Translations under genes and position numbers: made by a program | The notes under the pieces: generated by a model | Database searches by the model: none | Told to the model about the DNA's origin: nothing | Seen by the model: the letters and a program-made list of their open reading frames with translations, nothing else | From: Lama glama | Taxonomy: Eukaryota | Direction of reading: 5' to 3' | Assembly (NCBI GenBank): GCA_028534125.1 | Contig: CM052838.1 | Span: 65,286,001 to 65,350,000 of the forward strand | Length of the DNA stretch: 64,000 nucleotides | In this document: positions 12,521 to 24,390 of the stretch, piece by piece | Position numbering within the stretch: position 1 is the first letter of the stretch | Layout of the letters: each line of letters opens with the position of its first letter

Positions 12521-12762
12521 ATGGCGGGAGGTGGGGAGCTGAGCCAACACACCTGCTCCCTGAGAAGTCGAGGTTTCCAGGGGGAGACCCCAACCCCGGC
12601 CCCTCAGCGCAGTGAGGAGGGGCTGACGCACGTCTCTGCCTAGGACCGGTGCCTGGAGCAGCACAGGGCCCACCAGGTGTAGGAGACTGCAGCCCAGGGC
12701 GACCCCGAGGGCTCCGCCGGGTCCAGGGGCAGGGAGACTGCCAAGCACGCACAGTGTGACCC

Positions 12763-12953
12763 CCTGAGTTTGTGCAACTTGAAATGGAACCAGGCAGTGA
12801 GGATTAGATTAGATCACGACACACCTGATTCCACTCACACCAGCGTGCACGCAGGCCGAGCTACCATGAGGACAGAGCTGCCGCCAGGCCAGGCCGGGAG
12901 CCTGGCCGGAGAGGGACGTGAGACACAGAATGCAGGAACCAGGGCCCCCCCCA
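12763..12953. repeat. ~190-bp direct repeat, copy A (STK32C intron 10)
   Basis: Matches 14680-14870 with ~7 substitutions. Confidence 0.95.
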
Positions 12954-13437
12954 GTCCACACCTGCATCCCTGGCAGCGTTGTGAGCACCAGCCGTACCCC
13001 GGGAACAGGCTCAGGCTGGATCCCCTGCTCCGCGGGCACCGACCCACTCCAGAGAAGCAGGCGACACGGGGCAGGTTGGGGGTTGTGACAGGTTAAACTG
13101 TACCCCCCAAGGGGGTCCTAGCCCTGCACCCTGGAACGTGGGATGAAGTCCCTGCAGCTGCCACCAGTCCAATGAAGGGCAGGTCATCCTGACTAGGGGT
13201 CCTGCCCAGGGTGACTGCTGTGCTTGTGGGAAGACCAGGCAGACACATAACGCACGCGCACACACGCACGCAGGAAGACGGCCCGTGACCACGGAGGCAG
13301 AGCCTGGCCCGATGGCCACAACAGAGCTGGGCGAGGCAGGAGGGCCCTCCCCAGGCTGCCCCGGCCACGTCCCCCCGACATGGAGGAGGGAGCGTGAGGC
13401 AGGGGCCGGCAGACGCTTGCAGCCGGCCTGCACTCAC

Positions 13438-13569
13438 CGACTGGGAGCTGTCTCTGCTGCTGTCTCGCGACCTGTTCTTGGCCAGGCGCTTCTTCTTCTT
13501 GTGCAGGGGCCTCGACTCCAGGATCATCTCCTCCAGCTCGAAGGTGGGGTCGCAGTGCAGGCGGCCTTT
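13438..13569 (-). CDS. STK32C: STK32C exon 10 ([44 protein letters not shown])
   Basis: 132 nt; AG/GT; YANK C-tail [14 protein letters not shown] motif. Confidence 0.96.
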
Positions 13570-13662
13570 CTGTGGAGGGCGGGGCGCTGAGCCCGGCCTG
13601 GGCCTGCCCGCCTGCCCTGTCCGCCCCGTCTGCCCCACCCGCCCGCCCGGCTGCAGGCTTAC

Positions 13663-13788
13663 GTTGGGCACGAAGCCAGGTTCCACCTTCTTTTCGCTGA
13701 GCTCGGCCCACAGCACGCCGGCCAGCGCCGGGGCCGCCTGCACATCCCGCAGGCTGGACACGCGATGCTTGGGGTCCACAGTGAGCAG
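13663..13788 (-). CDS. STK32C: STK32C exon 9 ([42 protein letters not shown])
   Basis: 126 nt; ttccag/gtaag; kinase subdomain XI and AGC-type P.FVP. Confidence 0.96.
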
Positions 13789-14679
13789 CTGGAACAAAGC
13801 TCCCGTCAGCTGGTGCCCAGGCCCAGTCCTGCCGGCACTCGGCCCAGTGTGGTTCCCCCCGGACCCGCCAGCAGCCGGCAGCCGCAGCCTGGCTAACTGC
13901 TCCCCTGAACTGGCTCAGAGCAGAGACAGGACAGGATCAACGTCACAGCCCCAGGACCTGCACGCCTGGCCAGCGTCACAGCGGCTGGGTCGCCCCACAC
14001 GCCCAGACCAGGGATGCCGTCCGAGGCTTCCCGGCTTGGCAGGCGTGCAGCTCATCCCCCTGCCCCACCTGGGTCTCTGGGAGCCGAGGTCCCACCTTAT
14101 GAGCCACCAGGGCAGCTGTGGACGCAGCTGCGTGGAGTGAGAGCTGCATTAAGGCCCATCTCAGGGGTGGGGGGGCCATACTGGCTTGGCTACAGCTCCA
14201 GGGCCAAAGGTCTGCAGCCAAGGGCCAGGAGACGGGAGCTGGGAGTGGGCCGGCCACGTGCGCCCGGCCCGCCCTCCCACACCCGTCCTGACCCGGCCTC
14301 AATGCACCGGTGTGTCCGAGGTGCGGCTCTACGAGTGGAGAGCTTCGCAGGCCAGCCAAGGAGCAGCCTCCAGCCCAGCCTGGGACACCAGCGGGAGGCA
14401 CTCGGACCACGACACCACAGCCCCAGGTCCCTGCCAGGCTGAGGTGCCCTGGGCTACTGCAGATGCGTGTTCAGGACCTGGGGTGTGCAGGGGGTTCTGG
14501 GATCCTCTCTGCTTGCTCCCAGTGGGTGGGCTGGCCAGGCCGCTGGCAACGGGCAGTGGCTTCCTACTTCCAACAACAGGAGAGGGGCAGAGGACGCTAC
14601 AGCAGAGCGGGCCCAGCCCCCGCCCCCCCCCCACCAGCACACACGATGTGGCCACCTGCCCCAGGGTTAACTCTCCGCA

Positions 14680-14870
14680 CCTGAGTTTGCGCAACTTGAA
14701 ATGGAACCAGGCTGTGAGGATTAGATTAGATCACAACACACCTGATTCCACTCACACCAGCGCGCACGCAGGCCGAGCTACCATGAGGACAGAGCTGCCG
14801 CCAGGCCAGGCCGGGAGCCTGGCCGGAGAGAGACGCGAGACACAGAATGCAGGAACCAGGGGCCCCCCCA
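14680..14870. repeat. ~190-bp direct repeat, copy B (STK32C intron 8)
   Basis: Matches 12763-12953 at an offset of 1917 bp. Confidence 0.95.
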
Positions 14871-14974
14871 AGACCAGGGTCTCCACGCGGCCCGCCCTCA
14901 GGACAGGATGCGCAGTCCAGCCCCCGTGACCGGCTGGCACTGCACTCCAGGTGGGGAGGCGGGAGGGAGCTCAC

Positions 14975-15091
14975 CTTCCGCAGCAGGGCCACCATCTCCT
15001 TGGACCAGGTGGGGACATACTGGACACTCACAGTGCTGAACAGCTGCACCAGGGAGTCCACGGCGTTGCTCGAGTGGATGTCGTAGGGCCT
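14975..15091 (-). CDS. STK32C: STK32C exon 8 (RPYDIHSSNAVDSLVQLFSTVSVQYVPTWSKEMVALLRK)
   Basis: 117 nt; AG/GT. Confidence 0.96.
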
Positions 15092-15485
15092 CTGGGGCAG
15101 GGCAGGCAATGCTGCCCTGGGTGCCTCCCCAGGGCCCCAGCCCTACGCTCCCCACACCCAGGCAGGCACAGGGAAGAGCTGCGAAGGCAAAGCCTGCGCC
15201 GCAGCCAGAAAAACGGCCAGAAACGACCGGAGAGGCCGCCGGTCAGCTGGGAAGGGAGCCCAGCACCCCAGAGGTCTGGGCCCAGTGGGTCTGCCAGAGG
15301 GCAGAGGGGTGACCTTCCTCAGGGCAGCGGCCAGGGCCTCAGAGGCCCCCACAAGGGGTGGGACAGCAGCTGGAGCCCAGGCAAGGCCACTCCAGGGACC
15401 CGCTCGCACAGGAACCTCCCAGGAAGCCCGAGGGGGCAGCCCTGCTGGACAGTCCTCCGCCCGGCCCCGCTCTGGCACATCCTCA

Positions 15486-15902
<417 letters not shown>

Positions 15903-16041
15903 TCACTGTCCCACAAGTCACAGCCGCCACTGGACTCTTCCGTACGGCTCAAGCACGGCTGCTCCTAACGGCCCAACCCTGTACCTTTAGGGAAGCCGCC
16001 CGACCCCTCCAGCCACAGGGCAGCGCGGGCAGCGGGCTCAC

Positions 16042-16131
16042 CCATGTAGGGCTTGGTCCCGGCCAGCGCGGTAGCCCTCTCGCCATCCTTTATGATGGTG
16101 GCAATGTTGAAGTCGGTCAGGTGCGCATGTC
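16042..16131 (-). CDS. STK32C: STK32C exon 6 (GHAHLTDFNIATIIKDGERATALAGTKPYM)
   Basis: 90 nt; DFN in place of DFG, typical of STK32/YANK. Confidence 0.96.
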
Positions 16132-16221
16132 CTGTGAGGAAGGAGGACGCCGTGTCTGTCCCACGGCTTGGGAACACGTCCTGCGGGCAGGGCCTCGCGG
16201 CACGGGAGTCTGCGGCCCCAC

Positions 16222-16259
16222 CTTGCTCGTCCAGGAGAATGTTGTCGGGCTTCACATCC
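16222..16259 (-). CDS. STK32C: STK32C exon 5 (DVKPDNILLDEQ)
   Basis: 38 nt; completes the HRDVKPDN catalytic loop. Confidence 0.96.
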
Positions 16260-17054
16260 CTGTAAGAAGAACAGGAAGCGGGGGGATGAGTCCAGACATT
16301 CCGCAGGGATGCGGGGTCCCTCGAGGGCCCCCCAGCAGAGCCCGGGGAGGGGGCTGGGGCCTAACACCCCCGCCCCGCCCCACAGCCCCGGCAGAGCTGG
16401 GCGACACCAGCCACCGTAACTGTTGGGGAGCTGCCTCCAGCCCACCTCCTGAGGCCGGACAGTGGGGAGAACACCCAGCACTGGACGCTGAAGGGTGCCA
16501 GAGGCCCCAGAGGACAGCAGTCCCCCACCCGGGGCCCCCAGGCCGGCCCCTCTCCCAGAGCCCCGGCTGCACAGAGCTGTTGCTTTGGGGTCTGAGGCTT
16601 CATCAACCGGCCTCCAGCCTCACCTTACTCCCTCATGCTCCGTAAAGTCCGGTGCCTGAATCAGGACCAGAGAGCGGAGTCCCCAAGGCAGATGCAGAAA
16701 TTACGTCTATTTCACTTTATAATACTCCACGTGGGGTTTTTTTTCTGTTGTTCTGTGGAGGCAACCTTATCTTCCTAATTTCATCTGCCTTCGGGTAATG
16801 TTACAATCAGTTTGAATTCACCAGGGACGTGGCAGTGGGCAAAAGGGCACCTGCCCAGCAGTGGCCAGGACCCTGCAGTGGACCTGACCAGGTGAAGGCC
16901 ACCCCGATGAAGGCCAACCGTCTCCGTGCCGGCCTCAGCTGGGGCTGCTCAGACACGACCCAACCTCAGGTGGACGTCACCTGTGCAGCTGGGGGGCTGG
17001 CCTGGGAACCAGGCACCGATGGCCCAGGTGCCACACCTGGGGGCAGGTCCGCAG

Positions 17055-17433
<379 letters not shown>

Positions 17434-17759
17434 TCAATGGGCACCCCAGAGCGGGGTCCTGCCCAAGATGCTGACTCCACCTCTGCTCAGGGGCTGCCCG
17501 GAGCCAGGACCCTCGGGAAGGACAGAGGGGCTGGTCCCGGCGGGAGGCACTCGGCTGGGGCAGAGATACCGGTGAGGGGCCAATAGAGAGTGGAACACAG
17601 CACCATCTCTGGGCCATTTCCCTGCTGCTCTGGTTTCCTATTCTCTAAAAAAGGGGTTAAAAAATCTAACTTCGAGGGTCATTAAAGAAGAAATTGAGAC
17701 AGTGAGGCAAAATGCTCAGGCAGTGCTGGGCAAGGGGCCAGCTTCTAACAGCCAGCAGC

Positions 17760-17930
17760 TGTGGTGATGGTGATGGTGGTGATGGTGATAATAATGGTGA
17801 TGAGGTGACGGTGGTGATGAGGTGATGGTGATGGTGGTGATGGTGGTGGTGATGTTGAGGATGGTGACGGGGATGAACATGATAAAGAAGAAGAAAATAG
17901 TGATGAAGATGACGATGAACATAGTGGCAG
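17760..17930. repeat. (TGG/TGA)n trinucleotide low-complexity tract
   Basis: gtggtgatggtgatggtggtgatg... Confidence 0.95.
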
Positions 17931-19233
17931 TAACAAAGCAATGCTTTAAGGGTCCCCTTCCACTTTGTCATTTATTCTGTGAGCTCTCAGAGGTAGCTCT
18001 TACTGTTAATCAGCAGGCTCTTCTGAGAATAAAGCTACAAATAACTCATTTTTCATGTGCTGTTCCTCTCCCTGACCACCAGAAGCCACCCTGTCGTCAT
18101 TCTCAGGGGCCAGTGGCCTGGGGAGGGCGGTCAAGCTGGGGCCTGCAGTGGGGCATGCAGATAGGACCACAGAGCAGAGAAACTTGGATGCCAGGCTCCA
18201 GGACAGGCCAGGGTCCTCGAGAGAAGTGGGCAAGAGCAGGTGTCCTCCCACCCCTGGAAGCAAGACGGCAGCGGCCCCACTGCCTGGCCCTGGGACGGCG
18301 GGAGACGCCCCCTGGTGGGCTGGCCTCTGGGGGTGGGGATGCTGGCCACTGCGGGAGGGGGAGGGGAGGAGAACTAACTATGACTGCAGCCGGCAGCCCT
18401 GAGTCAGCCCTGCAGGGGCCTCTGCGGAGCCCATCCCCCGACTTCAGAGGAGGGGACTGAGGGAGGGAGGCTGGGGCACCGCCTGCAGCAGGGCAGGGAG
18501 ATCTGGTCAGGAGCCTGTGCTCCTGATGACTAGGCCACACGGCGGCCCAGGGAGAGGCCGGGAGGGCCGAGGCCCCCACGGAGGGGAACCCTGGGTCTTC
18601 CTCCTTCGTGAGATGCCCCAGCACCAGCACTGCGGCCGAGTGTCGACCACAGATGGCAGCCTGCTCCCCCGAGGCCGCAAGCCAGCCCTGCCGCAGTGAG
18701 GTCACTCCATCCCACTGACCCACCTAGGGGCAGTCACTGCCTTCCGGGATCAAGAGCCTGCCCCACCCTGGCCGCTGGGTGCAGGGCCACGTTTAAAGGG
18801 TGCTTGGTGTGTGGACACCCCTATCTTTAGAGCCATTGTCCCAGGCCACTGGGTGCAACCACGGGGTCCAGCCCTGCCCCCAGCCCCTCTAACTGCCTGA
18901 GACCTGACAGCCATTAGGGCAGTAGGGACACCCCAGGATGCAAGGTGCACCCCGTGTGCAGAGGGCAGGCAGCGAGGAGCCCCGGGATGAGTGCCCTTTC
19001 CCCATGCCCCTTCCTCCCGGCCTGGGCAGCCCCAGGCTCCACCACGCCCCAGGGCCTTGGAGGCCTTGGTCAGCGACTTCTGCCTCCACCCAGGCTCCTG
19101 GGCAAGGCCACGCCCCAGGGCACTGGATGGTGAGCAGCTGGAGAGCCGAGAGGACCAGCTCAGGGGACCAGCCCAGGGGCAGGAGAGGAGGGAGCAGGGG
19201 GCGCCCTGCAGCAGGAGGGGCCGGCCTATCCTA

Positions 19234-19425
<192 letters not shown>

Positions 19426-21906
19426 CTAGGGGCCGCGGCGCGTCAGCACCGCCAATGGGATGGCACGGGGCTGGTGCAACACTCAACCGGCCGGTTTCAC
19501 ATCTGGGGCAGGACAAGTCTCCTGCACACAGGCACCTTCCAAAGGAGATGGGACCAGCCCGAGAGCCGGGGTGGGGGAGTTCCCACGCCCCTCCCCAGCC
19601 CAGACCTGGACGCCCCCTTCCCAGGGCTCCGGGCAGCTGGCTTGGAGGGTCGCTGGGGAGGGAACGAGAGGACCCCTGCAAGCCCGTGAACGAGAGCAGC
19701 TATTCTCACCCAGCACGGGCCATCGCCCCCACTGCAACAGGGCCGCTCCCAGTGACAGCCTCTCTGCACAGCTCATATCCCAGCCCTCCGAGAGCAAACT
19801 GCGGCGTCGATTAGCAATGCTGACACTGTGAACACAGTGCTAATTGCCTGACAGAGGGATCAGGGCGAGGAGAGCAGCGAGAAGAACAGAGCAAGGCTGA
19901 GGCTCAGGCTGGGGTCCCTCCTGGCCAAGGAGCAGCTGTCAAAACCGGGACAGAGGTCTCCAAAGGGAACCGGGTTAATGCACAAAATACTGGGCTGCAG
20001 AGCCAGGGCCGTGCCCTTCATCCCAGTGGAGAGACCCCTCCAGAATAGGTAACCCTGAGCTCTGAGTCCCCACCGTCTTCAGTCTCCAGATCTTCAAGGA
20101 GTGGGAGCTGGGGGCCCAGAGGAAGTGGAAGATTCTGGAACTGGAGGTGGGCAGAAGACTGTCCCAGGGCCTCACCCAAAGGCAGGTGGCCTGGAACTGA
20201 CCAGACATCTCAGCAGGCGCCAGAATCTTGGGCCAAACCTGCTGGAGCCAACCCTTTGGTGAAACCCGGTCTGTCGTGCAGGGATGCACCTTAAAGACGA
20301 AGGTGGCTTTTCCAAAGTTGAAAAAACTATAGCAAACCTTCAGCAACCTTGACACCCAACTCTCACAGACACGGGCAAGCAGGTGCAACAAAACATCACA
20401 CAGACACTGGAGCGACGTCTGTGAAGGCTGGTAGTGGCGTATGGCAATTTGTGAAACGCCAGGTGGAAAGGCCAGCCTGCATTATTTAGCGCAAACAGTG
20501 TAGAGATGAAAACCAACAGGGGCAGAAGCCAGACTCGGCCTCCGGCAAACAGAGCAGCTAAGCCGGGGTGGGGGGGTGGCACACCGAGCCCCCTCCCTCA
20601 CCTGTTCCTGCAGCGTCATCGTGAGGGCATCTGGCGGCAGAGGCTGGAGGGTCACTCCAGCTCCAGGCCCACCCGCGGACTTCTGCACACCCCACGTCCC
20701 CCAGGACGGTGATCTTCGCAGCACAGCTGCGGTTTCCAGGTAACTCCTGCTCAGCCCCGTGCTGCCCATGGGCCGCATCCAGACCCCAAGGGGAAAAGCT
20801 CGCAGGGGACGCCCCTAGGCACAGGGAGGGCATCTCCCACACCTGAGCTGCACCCCTCCGAGCCACCCGGCCCACCCCTGGAACCCACCCGGGGAACAAA
20901 TGCCACCTGGGGCCACACAGGCCACCAAGATGCCCGTGGGGCCCTGTGTAAAACTGCCCCGGCCTGGGCTGCCGTCCGGGAAGACCCCAGCCTCCCAGGG
21001 ACACGGTGGGGTGGGAGCTGAGACCTGCATCGCTCAAGCCTCCAACGACACCCTCCCAGTCTCAACGCGGCGAATCGCGGCCCCTCCTCCTTCTCTGCGA
21101 GCACCAGCTGGCCGCAGCGCACGTGCAGAGGGGAGCCCTCGGGACAGCACGGGCTTCACTCAGCTGTGCCTTCCTGAGTCTCCAGTCGCCCAGCCCGGCC
21201 TGAGCACATCGCCCAGAAGAGCAGACCAACGCGGAGAAGACAGAGGCTCAGTGCTGGCGGTCAGTAACCGTGTCTGATGACGCAGTTACACCAGCCAAAG
21301 CCAAGTCACCTGCTTGCCACGCAGCTCTCCACACACCTTCTCGGGTCTCAGAGCTGGTGTCAGGGTTGGGTGGGGGCACCGGAGTTCCCCTTCCTGCCAG
21401 CCAGAGCACCAAAAGGCCAGGAAGCTGCTGGCAGGGCCCCAGAGGGACAGGGGGCCACCCACCGGGGCTCCTGGACAAGGTCACGGGAGAAGAACCCATT
21501 TCTGCCCACAGAGGTACACACTCAGTCCCCTGGGAGCTCTGAAGGCCAGGGCCTGCCCCGGAGCTGGCCACCCAAGCTCCCTGGTCATTCCGTCACGCGG
21601 CAGGCGAGAGCTACCCCAACCCCAGCTGTAGGGAAAGGCCCCGGAGCCCTTTTAAGAGCAAGACTCCAGCCTCCCCTCCCACCCTTGGCCGGGAGCTGGA
21701 AGGCCTGGCTGACAGGTGCTGCCTTCGCAGGCTGCCAACCTGGGCATGCAAATGGCCTATCAGACAGACATCAGTCAGAAACACAAGCAAAATTCTGCCG
21801 CTGTTGAGATGAAGGTCCCCAAGTCCCTGCCAGAGAGCCCTGATGCAGAAACCTGAAGTCCCAGAGGAATATCAGAGCCTGTTCTGACTGATGGCCAGCC
21901 CCAGGC

Positions 21907-22040
21907 CACAAAGACCCGGCCCCCGGCCACAGGGACCCTCCCCCGATCACAGGGACCCTCCCCTGATCACAGGGACCTGGCCCCGAATCACAGGGACCCG
22001 ACCCCTATCACAGGGACCCGGCCCCGGATCACAGGGACCC
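21907..22040. repeat. 20-21-bp minisatellite, ~6-7 copies
   Basis: Variants of atcacagggacccggccccgg in tandem. Confidence 0.92.
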
Positions 22041-22089
22041 AGCGCCGGCCAGAGCAATGCCACCCACTCGAGTAGACACTGCCCTTGGG

Positions 22090-23374
22090 GCGGATGGCCT
22101 AGAAAACAAAGATTCTGCGTTTTCTCCAAGTAACTTCCTGTGCTCCATGTTGTCTTATCAGGTCTTTGATTACTTAGAAGAGCTGTGCCTTCTCAATATT
22201 AAAAGAACTAAGCTTTTTCCCCTAAAATATGTGATTTCCTGTATTTGCCTTTAAAGTCTTTGTCACTTTGGTTCAATGGCTAAATACTGTTTCACGATGA
22301 CCTGCAATCTTCCTTAACTGTGTTTCAACCTTTCGACATTTTTACAAATGTCCGAAAATCAAATTTGAAATAAAGTATTTTTTGACCCCGAACTAACTTT
22401 GGGATTTTCAGGAGGGCCCCTGGAGAATCTCAAAAGATTTGCAATTGTGCCTTTATATAAAAATAGAGAGATTAAACCAGTGAGGCTTATCTAACATCCT
22501 AAGTTACACAGAAAGCATTGCCAAATAAAAGCTGGTGATAAGCCTGCTCTAGCTTATACTGGTGTGGACACAGGCTACTTACAGGCCAGTGTTTCCAGAA
22601 TTAGATAGGATGTCCAGAGATTCTTCAATGTCCTCACTGTTCATGCAATGTCACAATTCCAATGATTACTGTAAACATCACGCGGCACAGAACCCAGCAC
22701 CTTCGGTGTCAGTTGCGTCACTTCTGCAATGAACTCGTCAGATCTCTGACCGTGGCTATTTTCAGCCTTCGGTCATTTACAGACACTTACTGTTCTGCGC
22801 TGACACCTTCGCGGACACTTTTACAATCCACCATAGACAACAGGGCCTCCCCTTCAAAAAGCTCACGGAAAGGACTCTGACGACGACCCTAGAGCACAGG
22901 CGTCTGGACGCTTTATAATCAGACCACTGGCCTCGATGAGACCTCCTACAACCCTGACGGGACCAAGGGTGGGTTCATCAAACTACTAACCCAAGATCGA
23001 GCAAAAGAAGGCCTAAATAAGCTCAGGAAGGTGGTCACCATTTTCACGACTTCTGTTTGGAGCACTGCTGCTTCCTTAATGTTTTGTTTTTCAGGCTTAA
23101 GAATTTCTTTTTGTCTCTTTCTCAGGCTGTTGATGGCTTACAGCAACCTGGCAAATCACACCTTCGTAAACAGAATCAAGACATTTATCTTTCCTCCCAA
23201 CCTGATCCCTCCAAAACTTAGAAGCCTTTGTTAAAGACTCTATTTTCACAGGTACAGTTTTTACACAAGGCCAGGAAGAATACGTTCTCCTGGTAACGGG
23301 GCATGATTTATAACAGGGGTCATGTTACCAAGACTCCGACGGGAAGGTCACACTTTAAAATAACGCGATCAGGT
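22090..23374 (+). mobile_element. ERV1-class (MER4-group-like) internal remnant, left part
   Basis: AT-rich block resembling MER4-group internal consensus (aactttgggattttcaggagggcccctggagaatctcaaaag; tttatctttcctcccaacctgatccctccaaa); no intact ORF. Confidence 0.6.
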
Positions 23375-24390
23375 GGCTCTAGGCATTTTCACCGTGAGAA
23401 TCTTCGCTTCAGCTGGCTTCGTCGCACAACTAATCAGCCATAAGACAATTCTGCCGTACAAGATAAACTAGTGAAAATGCAGTAGAAGAGAGGCATGCAA
23501 AAGGACTTACTGAAACATGAAGATCAGTAACAAACATTTTTAAGCACTTCATTGTAAAAAATAAAAATAAAAAAACACCCAAATGTGTTTAAAACGTGTG
23601 CAGACTCATGATTACAGCTGTGCTGGGGCACATCTTAGAGAGAACACTGCTGCTTCCTCCCTCAGAGTCAGCCATCAAGGACTTAACGTCGACATAAATT
23701 CTTACTACATAAAAAAATCTGCTCTGAGTCTCTCTGGATTTTCCTGGAAGTGAAACACATGCTGGACGCTGCTGCTTCCTGTCGCTGTACGGGACGTACG
23801 TGCCTGGTAGTAGGTGCCCGGGCGTCCCCGAAACGCTCCGTCCTGTGGCCAGTCCCTGTCCTGCTGCAAACCGTCTAAGCGGGGTCCCGGACCAAGCACC
23901 AGAATCCTGTCTGCATCACATTCTCCACCAACAAACATCAAAAAGGTCTCACCGCTTCCAAGAAAGTTACACTCATCAGGAGTCACGGAACCACTTCCTT
24001 CAGGGGAGCCGGAGGAGCTGAGCCTTCCGTTGCCCCCAGCCTCTAAAACTGCGCCAAACATTTGGGAAAGACGGTGTGAGACACTGTATCTGACTTAGCT
24101 GAAGAATCGATAATTAGTGCCAAGATGGCTGTGGGTTCGTTGCTGCCCCTTTTCCATTTGCAGTAGGTTGGGAAACTTCTGGTTTTGTTGGGTGGGAGGG
24201 GCGTCTGTGCTCAGAAAGGACCCGCCCACCGACATCACTGTCTAGTGTAGTTTGCAGTCTGGCTTCTGTGGCTTGGAAACTCAACTGTCAAACCGAACTG
24301 CCAAGCAGTCAGTTTATCTTTTATGGCCAATTAGATGTGCAGGGAAACTGTTCGGGACAAAGATGTTCACAGGTGAAAATACCAGATGCT
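23375..24390 (-). mobile_element. Mutator-like (MULE/MuDR) DNA transposon fossil, internally deleted
   Basis: Imperfect ~80-90-bp TIRs (23375-23470 vs 24310-24389) enclosing a decayed transposase segment with DG[T>A]F, LPGKS.ET..RFF and MAD[F>S]E motifs. Confidence 0.8.
23590..24061 (-). pseudogene. Decayed MULE-family DDE transposase fragment with one frameshift
   Basis: ...GETFLMFVGGECDADRILVLG...DWPQDGAFRGRPGTYYQ /frameshift/ PACVSLPGKSRETQSRFFYVVRIYVDVKSLMADSEGGSSSVLSKMCPSTAVIMSLHTF*. Confidence 0.75.

Noticed and set aside
16108-16116. DFN instead of DFG suggesting a pseudokinase
   Set aside because: DFN is the normal STK32/YANK motif; the catalytic Lys, Glu and HRD are intact.
17666-18460. 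His-rich, Thr/Ile-rich and Val/Met-rich ORFs
   Set aside because: They are translations of the (TGG/TGA)n simple repeat.
21907-22040. CRISPR-like appearance
   Set aside because: Eukaryotic DNA, ~10-bp mutually similar spacers and no cas genes.
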